Below, one piece after another: positions 23,146 to 35,914 of a stretch of 64,000 nucleotides of DNA. A program made the position numbers and the translations under genes. The notes under the pieces were generated by a model, which ran no database searches, was not told the origin of the DNA, and saw nothing but the letters and a program-made list of their open reading frames with translations. The DNA is from Opitutia bacterium (lineage in GTDB: Bacteria > Verrucomicrobiota > Verrucomicrobiia > Opitutales > T3Sed10-336), in the NCBI GenBank assembly GCA_050506795.1, contig JBJHCF010000004.1, positions 1 through 64,000 of the forward strand, read 5' to 3'. Numbering within the stretch: the first letter of the stretch is position 1; every line of letters begins with the position of its first letter.

Positions 23146-24051
23146 ATGAAAACGATACGCACCTTTAGTCTTTTCGCCTGCGTCTTCCTGCTGGCCCTTA
23201 CCGCTCATGGCGAACGGCTGCAGGTGTTGGTGATCGCGGGAGGGGATCCTTACGGTTTCCATCCCTGGGAGGAAAACGTTGCCCTGATCGATGCGCGCCT
23301 GGAGGCGTTTGACTTCGCCGACATCGACTACCACATCGCGCGAGGGCTCGAGGATTGGCGCCGGCCCGGTCGTCCAAGGGACTGGCGCACCTGGGACAAG
23401 GATTTTAACGACTACGACGCGGTGGTTGTTATGTACTACTGGTCGCAGGCGCCGAATGAAAGTTTGGAGGAGTTGGATCGCTATCTTCGCTCAGGGGGTG
23501 GACTGGTGGTCTTCCATTCCGCCCTGGCGGGTTTCTGGCAGCAGGAACTGTTCGACAACTGGACCGGGCTCGCTTACCGGGAGGGTGATGCGGATTACGG
23601 ACACAGCTTGATTTTTAATGCCTCCGGCGAAGCGCAAATCAGAGCGCCGGGCGAGGGTCCGGGTTCCGGGCATGCCCCTATCCGGCCCTTTCCAATTCAT
23701 ACCCGGGCCGCCGGGCATCCCATTATGAAGGATTTGCCGCCCGCCTGGATGCAACCGGCGGACGAACTCTATCACGACTTGCGCGGGCCGGATCCCGAGA
23801 TCGAGGTGCTCGCGGTGGCCGAATGGCCAGAAGGCGTTTTTCACCCGCAGGCCTGGGTCCGCGAGGTGGGAGAAGGCAGGGTTTTCTGTCTGACCCCGGG
23901 TCATCACCAGCCGGGCGCCTCGTCCGTCGGCCTTGCTACGCTGCTGGCCCGGGGCATTGAGTGGGCCGCCCGGGGCGAGGTGACCCTGGAGGTTCCCGGT
24001 AACTTCCCCACCGCAGATCAGCCGAACACCGGTCTGCCGCAATTCCCCTGA
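23146..24051 (+). CDS. Secreted ThuA-like (class I glutamine amidotransferase-like) domain protein
   Basis: Signal peptide, GGGLVVFHSA, HPIM, DELY, GEGRVFCLTPGH. Confidence 0.8.
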   Translation: MKTIRTFSLFACVFLLALTAHGERLQVLVIAGGDPYGFHPWEENVALIDARLEAFDFADIDYHIARGLEDWRRPGRPRDWRTWDKDFNDYDAVVVMYYWSQAPNESLEELDRYLRSGGGLVVFHSALAGFWQQELFDNWTGLAYREGDADYGHSLIFNASGEAQIRAPGEGPGSGHAPIRPFPIHTRAAGHPIMKDLPPAWMQPADELYHDLRGPDPEIEVLAVAEWPEGVFHPQAWVREVGEGRVFCLTPGHHQPGASSVGLATLLARGIEWAARGEVTLEVPGNFPTADQPNTGLPQFP

Positions 24052-24203
24052 TTCACTGAAGCGCTTGAACCGGGAAGCTAAGCCAGAAGGGTTTTGACGA
24101 AACGGCGCCGGACTTCCGGGATTGGCGAGGGGAGTGAAATCCACGCCAAAGGGTTCTATGGAAGGGGAGGGCGGTGTGCCCGAAAAATGGAGGACGTGCT
24201 GCC

Positions 24204-24695
24204 ATGAAGTCATCGGAAAATTTTTTGAACGGGAGTTTCGGCTCCACCTCGCGAACGCCCGGGTGCGGTGGTCGGCTTCGGATTCTGGGATGCCTTTTCC
24301 TGCTGGCCGCGTTCCTGGGCGGGTGCGCCTCTGGACCTTCGGCTCGAATCAAGCAGAATCCGGAGGCCTTTGCCGCTTTTCCCGAGGACGTGCAGGAAAA
24401 TGTCCGCGCGGGAGAGATTGAACTCGGGTACACCGAAGAGATGGTGGAGATGGCGCTGGGAAAACCCAACCGGGTAACCACCCGGGAGCGCGCCGAGGGA
24501 ACCGAACGGGTCTGGATCTACACCCGCACCCGTTCTTCGCTGGGGCTATCGGTGGGAACGGGATTCGCGACCGGTTCGCGCGGTTCGGCCACCGGAGTTG
24601 GCGCCGGGGTCGGTACCCGATCCGGCGGGGCCGAAGAGACGATGCGGGTGGTCTTTTCCGGCGGCCGGGTGGCGGCTATTGAGAGGGTGGATTGA
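24204..24695 (+). CDS. Putative lipoprotein, SmpA/BamE-like fold
   Basis: Lipobox FLGGC, G.T.E.V..ALG.P, W.Y, glycine-rich insert. Confidence 0.65.
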   Translation: MKSSENFLNGSFGSTSRTPGCGGRLRILGCLFLLAAFLGGCASGPSARIKQNPEAFAAFPEDVQENVRAGEIELGYTEEMVEMALGKPNRVTTRERAEGTERVWIYTRTRSSLGLSVGTGFATGSRGSATGVGAGVGTRSGGAEETMRVVFSGGRVAAIERVD

Positions 24696-24764
24696 CCCGG
24701 TGGGTAACGGTGCGGATGAGCTTCGTTCCCGTGGTGGATCCATCCGGCAGGGTTCGGATTGAGT

Positions 24765-26198
24765 TTAGCGCTCTTTTCTTCGGTCGAGAAGCAGGGTTCC
24801 GGTGACGATGGCGATCGCGGACAGTAGGAATCCCGGGATGAGTTCGTAGAGGTCGAAGAGCCCGCCTTCCAGCCGGGCCCAAATGATTACGGTCAGTCCG
24901 CCGGTGAGGATTCCCGCCAGGGCGCCGGCGAAGTTCATCCGCGGCCAGAAGAGGGAGAGCAGGATCGCCGGTCCAAAGGCGGCCCCGAAACCGGCCCAGG
25001 CGTAACCGACCATGTCGAGGATCCGGCTTTCCGGATCGCGGGAAAAGAAAAAGGCCGCCAGGGCCACCAGCACCACAGCTCCCCGTCCGGTCCAGAGGAG
25101 CTGGCGCTCACTGTGTTCGCCGGAAAAACGGCGGTAAAAATCTTCCGAGACCGTACTGGAGGCGACCAGAAGTTGGGAGTCCACCGTGCTCATGATGGCT
25201 GCGAGAATCGCCGCCAGGCACACCCCGGCGACGGCGGGATGGAAAAGCGCGTCCACCATCAGGATAAACACCCGTTCGGGATCCACCGCGCCTTCCAGCG
25301 GCGTTTCCAGGATTCCGGTGGCCAGCAGTCCGACCGAGGCAGCGGCGATCAGGCAGACCGTCACCCAGACCATGGCCACCCGTCGGGCGAAGGGAATGTC
25401 CGCGGGTTTCTCCATGGCCATGAAGCGGGCCAGAATGTGGGGTTGCCCGAAATAACCGAGACCCCAACCCAGCAGGGAGAGAATGGCGATTATTCCGAGA
25501 ACCTGACCGTCTCCATCGGTGAAGGGATTCAACAACTCGGGGTTGACGTCGCGGACGGTATCCGTTCCCGCGGCAAGGCCGCCCAGCACGGCGATCCCGA
25601 TCAGGGCGGTGGCGAGCAGGGCCAGGAACATCAGGATGGCTTGAAAAAAGTCGGTCCAGCTCACAGCCAGGAATCCTCCCATGAAGGTGTACAGGAGAAT
25701 GGCGGCCAACCCCAGGAGCACCGCACCTTCGTAGGGAAAGCCAAAAACCGTTTCGAACAGGCGGCCACCCGCGACCAGACCGGAACTGACGTAAACGGTG
25801 AAGAATATAAGGATGAAGAACGCCGTCACCACCCGGAGGAGGTTGGTGGTGTCGGAGAAGCGCGCTTCGAAGTATTCCGGCAGGGTAATGGCGTTGCCGC
25901 AGTTCTCCGTTTGTTCCCTGAGGCGACGGGCGACGAATTTCCAATTCAAATACGTTCCCAGTGCCAGGCCCGCCACCAACCAGCCGCTTTCCAGACCGGC
26001 GACGTAGGCCAGTCCCGGCAGGCCCAGCAGTAACCAACCGCTCATATCCGATGCCTGCGCGCTGAGGGCGCCGACCCAGCGTCCCAACCGTCGGCCGCCC
26101 AGCACGTAATCCACCAGGTTGCCTGTGCGGCGGTAAGCGGCGATCCCGATCACCAGGATCACCACGAGGTAAAGGACGAAGGTAATTGCTATAATCAC
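24765..26198 (-). CDS. putP: Sodium/proline symporter
   Basis: ALSAQASDMSGWLLLGLPG, GYFGQPHILARFMA, AWAGFGAAFGP. Confidence 0.9.
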   Translation of the reverse strand: MIIAITFVLYLVVILVIGIAAYRRTGNLVDYVLGGRRLGRWVGALSAQASDMSGWLLLGLPGLAYVAGLESGWLVAGLALGTYLNWKFVARRLREQTENCGNAITLPEYFEARFSDTTNLLRVVTAFFILIFFTVYVSSGLVAGGRLFETVFGFPYEGAVLLGLAAILLYTFMGGFLAVSWTDFFQAILMFLALLATALIGIAVLGGLAAGTDTVRDVNPELLNPFTDGDGQVLGIIAILSLLGWGLGYFGQPHILARFMAMEKPADIPFARRVAMVWVTVCLIAAASVGLLATGILETPLEGAVDPERVFILMVDALFHPAVAGVCLAAILAAIMSTVDSQLLVASSTVSEDFYRRFSGEHSERQLLWTGRGAVVLVALAAFFFSRDPESRILDMVGYAWAGFGAAFGPAILLSLFWPRMNFAGALAGILTGGLTVIIWARLEGGLFDLYELIPGFLLSAIAIVTGTLLLDRRKER

Positions 26199-28090
26199 CG
26201 TTTGTTTACGGCGCGGGGGAAATAGACCCGTTCGATTACCCGTACCGCGTCCGGACCGCCGCTTTCCCGGGGAACGAACTCGAAGCGGCTGTACACCGTT
26301 CGGCGCGGGCGGAGGTTGTCCCGACTGGCGTGCGAGTGGTAGACCAGCAGGCGTTCCCCGGATTTGCTCCGGAGGACCCCGGCGGCACCCGTGCCTTCAA
26401 GTCCTCCGGCCCGCCTGAGGATCGGATTTCCTTCGAATTTCGTCCACGGGCCGAACGGCGAGGAAGCCGTGGCGTAGCCAACGCTGTAGTCCGGATTCCG
26501 AAAATCGTTGGCCGTGTAGAAGAGATAGTAAATGCTGTTGCGCTTCATGACCGAAGGCGATTCGGAGACCGGCCAACCGGCTTCGGCCGAGTTCTCCCAG
26601 CCGGGCTCGGCGCTGATGATTTCGCGCATGGTATCCGTTCGGAGCGTCTGCAGATCGCTGCTCAATTCGGCGACGAAGATTCGGTTCCCCTGCAGAAGAC
26701 GCACAAAGAAAAGGTACGGTTGCCCGTCATCGTCGATGAAGACGTGCGGATCGATCGCGGGCATTTCCGCATCGAAGGACTGAGGTTCGTCCTGCACGAA
26801 CGGCCCGGTCGGAGAGTCGCTCCGTGCGACGGAAATTCTTTCGTTGGCCGTGTAAAACATATGGAAGCGCCCGCCGTGTTTCACGACACTGGGAGCCCAG
26901 AAGCCGCGGTCCCCGAAAACGTCGTCCGCCACCAGCGCGTAACCCTCGTTGCTTTCCTCCGGAATACTCCAGTGGATGAGGTCGTCCGAAACACGAACGG
27001 GGATCCCGCGGTTCGGTCCGCTGTCCAACGTTCCGTAAAGGTAGTACCGGCCGGCGTGTTCCAGCACGAAGGGATCGGCCACCGCGACCGGATCCGGATC
27101 GGGGCCTTCGTCCCCGGGAAGGGGGACGGGCGCCGGACGCGGTTCGCCGCGGGTCGGGGTGACCTGCATGTTGTTCCGGTCGTCGAAGATCACCGGATCG
27201 ATGCAGACAAAGCGATTCCAGCCAAGGTCGGTCGAGTTCTGCTGGTGGTACATCATCCAAAGCTCGCCGGCTCCGTCGCGGACGAGCGAATGGTGGCCGG
27301 GGCCAAAGATCCCACGGTCGTCGTCGCGCTGCACAATCGGATTGCCCTCGTAACGGACAAACGGACCGGTCGGGCTTTCGGAGGTCGCGTAGTTGATGCA
27401 GTAATACGGCGTGTTCGCCCCCGCCGCCGAGTACATGAGATAATAAACACCATCGCGTTTGTGGATCCAGGGGGCTTCCGCGACGTTGTGACGCTCCCAG
27501 GGAAAGCGGTCTGGTTCGGGACGGAGGAGCTCGATTTTTGGAGTGTCTTTGGGAGTGACCGGGTCCTCCATCGGCTGGACGTAGATCACGAATGGTGCTC
27601 CGAGAGTCGTGAAATACAGGTAGAGTTCGTCGTCGTCGTCGCGGAACAGGTGAGCGTCGATCGACCCTTCGAAAAGGTCGTGCACCTTCTCGAAAGGCTG
27701 GTCGGGAGCGCTCGATTTGGCGACCCCGACCGTGTGGCGTACGCTGTAGTAGAGGTAAAAGGTGTCGTCCTCCGGGTGATAGTAGAAAAACGGCGCCCAG
27801 ACCTGGGGTTCCTCGATGCCCGGATCGTAGATGACCGGTCCCGCATCCCAGTTGATAAGATCGGGAGAAGTGTAGATCCGGTAGTCGCGGGCGGAGTCGG
27901 TGAACGACATGTAATATTTACCCTCGTGCTCGAAAACGTGCGGATCGGCCGGACCGAAACGGTCGATGATTGGGTTCGTGTAGGTTCGATCTGGCACTTC
28001 TTCGGCGTCCGACGATTCCGCACCAATTGCCGATCCCGTGGTTGCCGCCAGCAGCCCCAGTCCAAAACAAATCATGGGAGTGTACTTCAT
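26195..28090 (-). CDS. Secreted glycoside hydrolase with two tandem GH43 domains
   Basis: Two sets of ADP / WAP / IDxH / E.P motifs separated by a Pro-rich linker; signal peptide. Confidence 0.9.
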   Translation of the reverse strand: MKYTPMICFGLGLLAATTGSAIGAESSDAEEVPDRTYTNPIIDRFGPADPHVFEHEGKYYMSFTDSARDYRIYTSPDLINWDAGPVIYDPGIEEPQVWAPFFYYHPEDDTFYLYYSVRHTVGVAKSSAPDQPFEKVHDLFEGSIDAHLFRDDDDELYLYFTTLGAPFVIYVQPMEDPVTPKDTPKIELLRPEPDRFPWERHNVAEAPWIHKRDGVYYLMYSAAGANTPYYCINYATSESPTGPFVRYEGNPIVQRDDDRGIFGPGHHSLVRDGAGELWMMYHQQNSTDLGWNRFVCIDPVIFDDRNNMQVTPTRGEPRPAPVPLPGDEGPDPDPVAVADPFVLEHAGRYYLYGTLDSGPNRGIPVRVSDDLIHWSIPEESNEGYALVADDVFGDRGFWAPSVVKHGGRFHMFYTANERISVARSDSPTGPFVQDEPQSFDAEMPAIDPHVFIDDDGQPYLFFVRLLQGNRIFVAELSSDLQTLRTDTMREIISAEPGWENSAEAGWPVSESPSVMKRNSIYYLFYTANDFRNPDYSVGYATASSPFGPWTKFEGNPILRRAGGLEGTGAAGVLRSKSGERLLVYHSHASRDNLRPRRTVYSRFEFVPRESGGPDAVRVIERVYFPRAVNKR

Positions 28091-28510
28091 TCTAACTGGA
28101 ATGGTTTAGCGGTTGTGTCCAAAAGGACAATAGAAATTGCGAACCCGTTCGCCAATCCAGATTTTAGGGGAATGTTTCCGTCGCCTCCGATCGGCGTGTC
28201 GCCGCTCATAGTTATTGGGGTTTCTCTACTTGTCATCGGCAGCCTATGCACCGGCCTCTTCACCGGGGATCTTATCATTCAAAGTCATCGTTCCGGACTT
28301 GAGACCACCCGCTGGATATCGAGTGATCTCTTTGGGTACGGATTAATTTCATGCGGTGTTGGAACGCTCGGCGAGGAGCGCTGCGTCTATCCCGGTGCTT
28401 CGAAGATGGGTTTAACGATCTGTGAGGCGCTTCAAACCGGTGTCTGATGGCTGAGTTGCGCCGGCCGAAGAGAGAGTCCTCCGCAAACGGGAACGCGGGG
28501 ATCGGCGGGG

Positions 28511-29050
28511 TCAAAACACCAAACGGAACGCGGCTCCTAGAAAGATCGTGTCAGTGTCGATTCGCCGATCGTCATCTTGTAGGTCATGCCGACTTTCGAA
28601 TCGGTATTGGCCGTAGAGGTCGAGATGCAGGTGAGGAGCAAGGTTCAAGTCCAGTCCGGCACGAAGGCTGTAGAATGGGTTGTCCGCAAACGAACTGTTT
28701 GTGTACACCCATCCCGCTCCGACACCCGCGTATACCAAGCTTCCGAAAAGCACGTAGGCTTGAGGCGCATAGGCGTCGGATCCAAACCGGTCCGGCAGGA
28801 ACTCGAAGTCGGCGCCAAATCCGAAGAGCGATGGCTTGTACTGGTAACTGAGGAGATAGCTGAAACCGTCGCTGTCAACATCACGAACGTCGATGTTCCT
28901 TAATGCAGTCCAATAATTCACTCCCCCTCCGAAGCGATGCGTCGCCTGCGCATCCGGCGGTCCCATTCCGAATATGACAAAGCAGAGCGCCAAAGTGGAG
29001 GCGAGGGTAGTGCGCGATGGGGCGGAACGATTATGTATTGATGTTTTCAT
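28511..29050 (-). CDS. Small outer-membrane beta-barrel protein
   Basis: Signal peptide, alternating aromatic strands, C-terminal Phe (AFRLVF). Confidence 0.7.
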   Translation of the reverse strand: MKTSIHNRSAPSRTTLASTLALCFVIFGMGPPDAQATHRFGGGVNYWTALRNIDVRDVDSDGFSYLLSYQYKPSLFGFGADFEFLPDRFGSDAYAPQAYVLFGSLVYAGVGAGWVYTNSSFADNPFYSLRAGLDLNLAPHLHLDLYGQYRFESRHDLQDDDRRIDTDTIFLGAAFRLVF

Positions 29051-29321
29051 TCGGACCGTTTCTGTTTTGCGGTGTGTTGGCTTCATTTTATTGGCCAGGC
29101 ATGTCCGGAGCGGCTGTCGAGATGGATTCGGTTGCGACTTTCCATTAGTGTCTGTGGCTTGTGGTCTGGGGGTTTCTCTCCTGATTAAAGCATTACCCGT
29201 GCCAGCAACGTCCGGGATCGGCGGCTTATGGTCCTTCCCCGTTTGGAATCGGATTCGAAGCGGTACCCTCAGTGAACCTGCGTTCCACGAGAGGTCCGGC
29301 TTATGTACAGAGCTGCGGGGG

Positions 29322-29550
29322 GGACTCCGGCTAAAGCACGGAGCTACGGGAGTCGGAACTGGTAGCGCCCTGCTTCAACGGGCGTTTGTGCGGCGTGAGG
29401 ACGGCGGTTCCCGTGGGGAGGACTCCGGCTGAAGCACGGAGCTACGGGAGTCGGAACTGGTAGCGCCCTGCTTCAGCGGGCGTTTGTGCGGCGTGAGGAC
29501 GGCGGTTCCCGTGAAGAGGACTCCGGCTGAAGCACGGAGCTACGGGAGTC
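29322..29550. repeat. REP/BIME-like array: 2.3 copies of a 98-bp unit with two inverted GTAG-type REPs
   Basis: Units start at 29322, 29420 and 29518. Minus-strand GTAG-CTCCG-TGCTTCAGC-CGGAG alternates with plus-strand GTAG-CGCCC-TGCTTCAGC-GGGCG. Confidence 0.85.
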
Positions 29551-29827
29551 TGGAGCGTGGCGATAACGTGTTCTATGGTTGTTTTTTTGATACACATGTG
29601 TCGTCAGGATACATAGATGGCATGGTTCTGAGCAGGAATCGCTCCTGTTGCGACGACCCTGTGACCGAACTCGAATTCCGCTTTCGGCGAGGGAAGGCAT
29701 AGAGTCTGATTATCTCTGTTGATAATGGACGGTGCCTTTCCTGCAATTCGTCCGCGGTTTTTTCGCCGGTCTTGACGCGGGCAACTAATGACCGAAGGAT
29801 TGTGTGCTGGATAACCAAAGAAGGTGA

Positions 29828-32044
<2,217 letters not shown>

Positions 32045-32082
32045 TTTCCCTTATCACGTGCCGGGTTCGTCACTGAGACCCA

Positions 32083-32125
32083 CACAAAAAAGGGGCGTCC
32101 TGTCAGCAGGTCGCCCTTTTTTGTG
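32083..32125. terminator. Bidirectional intrinsic terminator
   Basis: CACAAAAAAGGGGCG..CCTG-TCAG-CAGG..CGCCCTTTTTTGTG between convergent genes. Confidence 0.8.
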
Positions 32126-32240
32126 GTTTCGGTTCTTCGAGGCCAAAGCGTTTCCGTGGGTTACGCGGTGAGTGACGAAGGAAAAACCGGGATTGGCAGA
32201 ACGCGAGCCTTGATTGCTGGAAATACGGATCCTTCGGAAG

Positions 32241-33290
32241 CTACTCAACGAAACACTTTCGGAGGAAGGGGTCGTTGCGGAGATGGTCTTCAGCCTCCGG
32301 AAGACAGTCGCGAGAGGAGAGGACAGTGTAATAATCCTCTTTTATGCCTGGTGCGCGCCGAAGGGCTTCGATCCAGTCGGAACGACGGAAGGGGTTGGAC
32401 TCCACGGCGCGCCAGAAACCGGTTTCTTGGAACAGCTGGGCGATGGTGTCCGAGGATTGTTTCTGCAGCAGGCTGACCAAATAGGTCGCGACACCGACCT
32501 GCAGACCATGGAAGCGGGGTGGACCGCCCAGCGCGTCGAGGGCGTGCGAAATCAAGTGCTCGCTGCCACTGGCCGGGCGGGAGGATCCGCAAACCCCCAT
32601 GGCGACCCCGTTGAGCATCAGCGAGGTGCCGAGGAGTTTCATGCCCTGAAGATTTTGATTCGGACGGGCGATAAACTGAAAGACGGTCGCGTCGGAGAGG
32701 AGCGCAGCGAAGTCATCAATCGGTGTGCCCGTGGCGTGAAAAGCGAGTTTCCAGTCGAAGATGGCAGTGAGCTTGGCAACGAGATCGCCGATACCCGAAA
32801 GCCAAAGGACCTCGGGTGCGGCGAGGCAAACTTTGGTGTCGATTACGATACCGAAGGGCATGGCGGAGGGCAGGGACTTGCGACGTCCTAAGAGAGTCAG
32901 GCTGGATTGCGGACTGCAAATCCCGTCGTTCGATAGGGATGTTGGAACCGAGATGTAGGGGAGGCCAGTGAGAAAAGCGCAATATTTGGCAACATCCAGA
33001 GCTCGTCCGCCACCGAATCCCACGATGGCACTGGTTTTGGCAGGAATCCCCGGAAAGAGATCACGGGCTTGCTCAAAAGAAGCTTCCTGTACGGGCCAAC
33101 TGTGCAGGATGGATACGTTCTCGTTCTTGAACCCCTCGTACAGGCGGTTCAGAAGATCCGCCGGGAGACCGTCACTGTGAACAACAACGACGTGGGAAAA
33201 GCTATTTCGGCGGGCGTAGATCCCCACACGGTCGAGCGCCCCCGCTTTGATGCGGACCAGGGTAGGGATCTGGATTTGCGTGCGCGTCAT
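32241..33290 (-). CDS. sn-glycerol-1-phosphate dehydrogenase-like protein (EgsA/AraM family)
   Basis: GFGGGRALDVAKY, PTSLSNDGICS, GIGDLVAK, SSRPASGSEHLISHALD, HGLQVG. Confidence 0.8.
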   Translation of the reverse strand: MTRTQIQIPTLVRIKAGALDRVGIYARRNSFSHVVVVHSDGLPADLLNRLYEGFKNENVSILHSWPVQEASFEQARDLFPGIPAKTSAIVGFGGGRALDVAKYCAFLTGLPYISVPTSLSNDGICSPQSSLTLLGRRKSLPSAMPFGIVIDTKVCLAAPEVLWLSGIGDLVAKLTAIFDWKLAFHATGTPIDDFAALLSDATVFQFIARPNQNLQGMKLLGTSLMLNGVAMGVCGSSRPASGSEHLISHALDALGGPPRFHGLQVGVATYLVSLLQKQSSDTIAQLFQETGFWRAVESNPFRRSDWIEALRRAPGIKEDYYTVLSSRDCLPEAEDHLRNDPFLRKCFVE

Positions 33291-33434
33291 TTCCCGGTTC
33301 GACAGCTCGCGGCGCCGATTGTCGCAGGAAAAGCGGCCCCGCACTAACTGTGTTTCACCCCGTTCTCGCTCTCGTGAGTGGACCGATGAGACGAGCGTTC
33401 GACCGGGGGTGATCTCCGTGCCATTCGGGCTACA

Positions 33435-33728
33435 CTAATTTACCCCGACGACACCACCGGACGGTGAAACCAGGATCTCGACGGGCCAATTCCAATCAGT
33501 CAAGTCATTCGCGTACTGGGGCATTGGGGCCACTTCGGCGTGCCATATTTGATCCTGCTCCCGCCATTGCAGTTGGATATCCAATTGCGCTTCCGAAGGA
33601 TAATTCCGTGATTCCAGAAACAGCACAACTTCGTTTTGGATTTGCTCTTCGGTCAATCGAGTTTCTCCACATCCCAGAAAGAACCCAAAGATTCCCGCCA
33701 ACACCAATGTGCGAAAAATAATTTTCAT
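33435..33728 (-). CDS. Small putative lipoprotein
   Basis: Signal peptide ending in lipobox FFLGC; 97 aa. Confidence 0.6.
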   Translation of the reverse strand: MKIIFRTLVLAGIFGFFLGCGETRLTEEQIQNEVVLFLESRNYPSEAQLDIQLQWREQDQIWHAEVAPMPQYANDLTDWNWPVEILVSPSGGVVGVN

Positions 33729-33875
33729 GATACTGCATTGCAGTCGAGAACGACACCGGTGTCAATTGCTTAAACCGGTTCCGGGTGCGAGGTGCGCGGG
33801 AGATAAGACTATCGGTGACCTTCGGCGGTTGGAAGACCGGAAAATGGTGTGAAGAAAATACCTCGGCGATCCCGG

Positions 33876-34763
33876 TTATTTCCGGAACAGGGCACCCTGT
33901 TGCCGGCGGAAGGCCTTGACGGTGTTTTTCATCAGCATTGCCACGGTCATGGGACCGACGCCCCCGGGAACGGGGGTGATTTTTGAGGCCTTTTCGGCGG
34001 CGGCGGGAAAGTCGACATCGCCGGCGAGGCGGTACCCCGATTTACGGGAGGAATCGGGGACGCGGTTGATTCCGACATCGATGACCACCGCGCCGGGCTT
34101 GATCATGTCGCCGGTCACGAATCCGGCGCGTCCGATGGCGGCAATGACGACGTCGGCCTGGCGGGTGATGGCGGGAAGATCGGCGGTACGGGAGTGACAG
34201 ACCGTAACCGTGGCATTGGCCCAGTCCTTCTTCTGCAGGGCAAGCAGGGCGACGGGTTTGCCCACTATAAGACTGCGGCCGATGACGACGACATGTTTTC
34301 CGGAGAGAGAAACGTTCGAACGTCGCAGCAGTTCGATGATGCCGGCGGGGGTGCAGGCCACGAAACCCTCGTCGTCCTCCTGGCAGAGCAACCCCAGGTT
34401 GATGGTGTGGAATCCGTCCACGTCCTTTTCCGGCCGTACCCGTCGGAACGCGGCCAGTTCGTCGATATGGGAAGGCAGGGGAGATTGAATGAGAATGCCG
34501 GATACGGCGGGGTCTTCGTTGAGGCTGTCGATCAGATCGAAAAGCTCATCCTGGGAGATGGTTTCCGGGAGCACGTTGAGTCGGCTCTCGATACCGAGCT
34601 CGCGGGCGACGCGGTCCTTCTTCCTCACATAAGAAACCGATGCGGGATCCTCTCCCACGCGGATGAAGGCCACACACGGCTTTCCCGAGTCGATACGGGC
34701 GACTTCCTCTTTCAGTTCCTCCAGAATTTCCGTGGAGATTCGGTTTCCATCGATCAGGTCCAT
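33876..34763 (-). CDS. folD: Methylenetetrahydrofolate dehydrogenase/cyclohydrolase
   Basis: [38 protein letters not shown]. Confidence 0.97.
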   Translation of the reverse strand: MDLIDGNRISTEILEELKEEVARIDSGKPCVAFIRVGEDPASVSYVRKKDRVARELGIESRLNVLPETISQDELFDLIDSLNEDPAVSGILIQSPLPSHIDELAAFRRVRPEKDVDGFHTINLGLLCQEDDEGFVACTPAGIIELLRRSNVSLSGKHVVVIGRSLIVGKPVALLALQKKDWANATVTVCHSRTADLPAITRQADVVIAAIGRAGFVTGDMIKPGAVVIDVGINRVPDSSRKSGYRLAGDVDFPAAAEKASKITPVPGGVGPMTVAMLMKNTVKAFRRQQGALFRK

Positions 34764-34960
34764 TGTGAATTGCGTGCTGATTGCCGGGTTTGAATCGGTT
34801 GCGGTCGAGGACCCGGTGCTGGAGGAAAAGTAAGGTTATCGTTCCGGGGGTGTCGAGTTTCGAGTGGTTTTTCCGCCTTTGGGATCCGGTTTACCCGGCG
34901 GGCGCGGTCATGGGAGTCGCGCTATTTTCCCTCGCCGGGAAGCGGGCGGAGGGGAAATGC

Positions 34961-35734
34961 TCAGGTCTTGAGCAATGCCTTGATATCCTCCGGACCGAGG
35001 ACCCGGGAACTCCCCGGACCCAGGCCCTTCAGCACGTAGGCGCCGATCTGGACCCGTTTCAGGCGTTTGACGTGGAAACCGACCGCCTCGAAGATGCGGC
35101 GAACCTCACGTTTGCGGCCCTGATGGAGATGCACCTCGAGTTGGTCGGAGGCGGCGGGGCTCTGGTCCCGGCCGAGCAGGATCACCTTGTCGGGACGAAG
35201 CAACTCTCCCTCATGGCGCACCCCCTGGAGGACACGGGCCAGTGTTTCGCGCGGAAAGGGTCGGTTGAGTTGGACACGATAGCGTTTGGTGATTTTACGC
35301 GAAGGGTGGAGAATGCGATGGGCGAGGTCTCCGTCGGAGGTCAGAATGAGCAGGCCTTCGCTGTTCTTGTCCAGACGTCCGGCGCAGAACAGGCGCAATC
35401 GGCCCATTTCGGCCGGAAGCAGGTCAAAAACGGTTTTTTCATGGTGGGGATCGCTGTTGCTGCACAGGTATCCCCGGGGTTTGTTCATTGCCAAGGTGAC
35501 CTGTGGCTGGCGCCGCGCCCGAAGGGGCCGGCCGGCAATGAGGATCCGGTCCCGGTCCGGGTCGGCTTTGCTGCCGATTTCAGCGGTTTCGCCGTTTACC
35601 GTTACCTCCCCGTGGCGAATGAGTTCCTCGGCCGCCCGGCGCGAGCAATAGCCGGCGTCGGCGATCAGTTTTTGGAGACGAACGGTGTTTTCGGCGGACA
35701 TTTGACGGGAAGCGGTTGAATTCCAATCTGTCAC
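34961..35734 (-). CDS. rRNA pseudouridine synthase, RsuA/RluB family
   Basis: S4 domain RLQKLIADAGYCSRR, NKPRG, GRLDKNSEGLL. Confidence 0.92.
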   Translation of the reverse strand: MTDWNSTASRQMSAENTVRLQKLIADAGYCSRRAAEELIRHGEVTVNGETAEIGSKADPDRDRILIAGRPLRARRQPQVTLAMNKPRGYLCSNSDPHHEKTVFDLLPAEMGRLRLFCAGRLDKNSEGLLILTSDGDLAHRILHPSRKITKRYRVQLNRPFPRETLARVLQGVRHEGELLRPDKVILLGRDQSPAASDQLEVHLHQGRKREVRRIFEAVGFHVKRLKRVQIGAYVLKGLGPGSSRVLGPEDIKALLKT

Positions 35735-35914
35735 TCAAATCGGGGGCGCGCGGTTTCGCAAGGCATTAGCCGGGATAATTCAGATGAAGGTTTCCCGCTT
35801 TTTCGCTTTTTTCGCGGCCATCCTTTGATAGTTTGATGGTTTGGTGTTCCGTTGCTTAATAGATCCGCGGGTTGCGGAGGGGACGGAAGCCCATCGAGAT
35901 CAGGCACAACGGAT

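Noticed and set aside
26330..28447. 705-aa plus-strand ORF
   Set aside because: Antisense shadow of the GH43 gene; no motifs; typical of GC-rich DNA.
29322..29550. Possible CRISPR array
   Set aside because: Whole 98-bp units repeat with no unique spacers and no cas genes; REP/BIME structure explains it.
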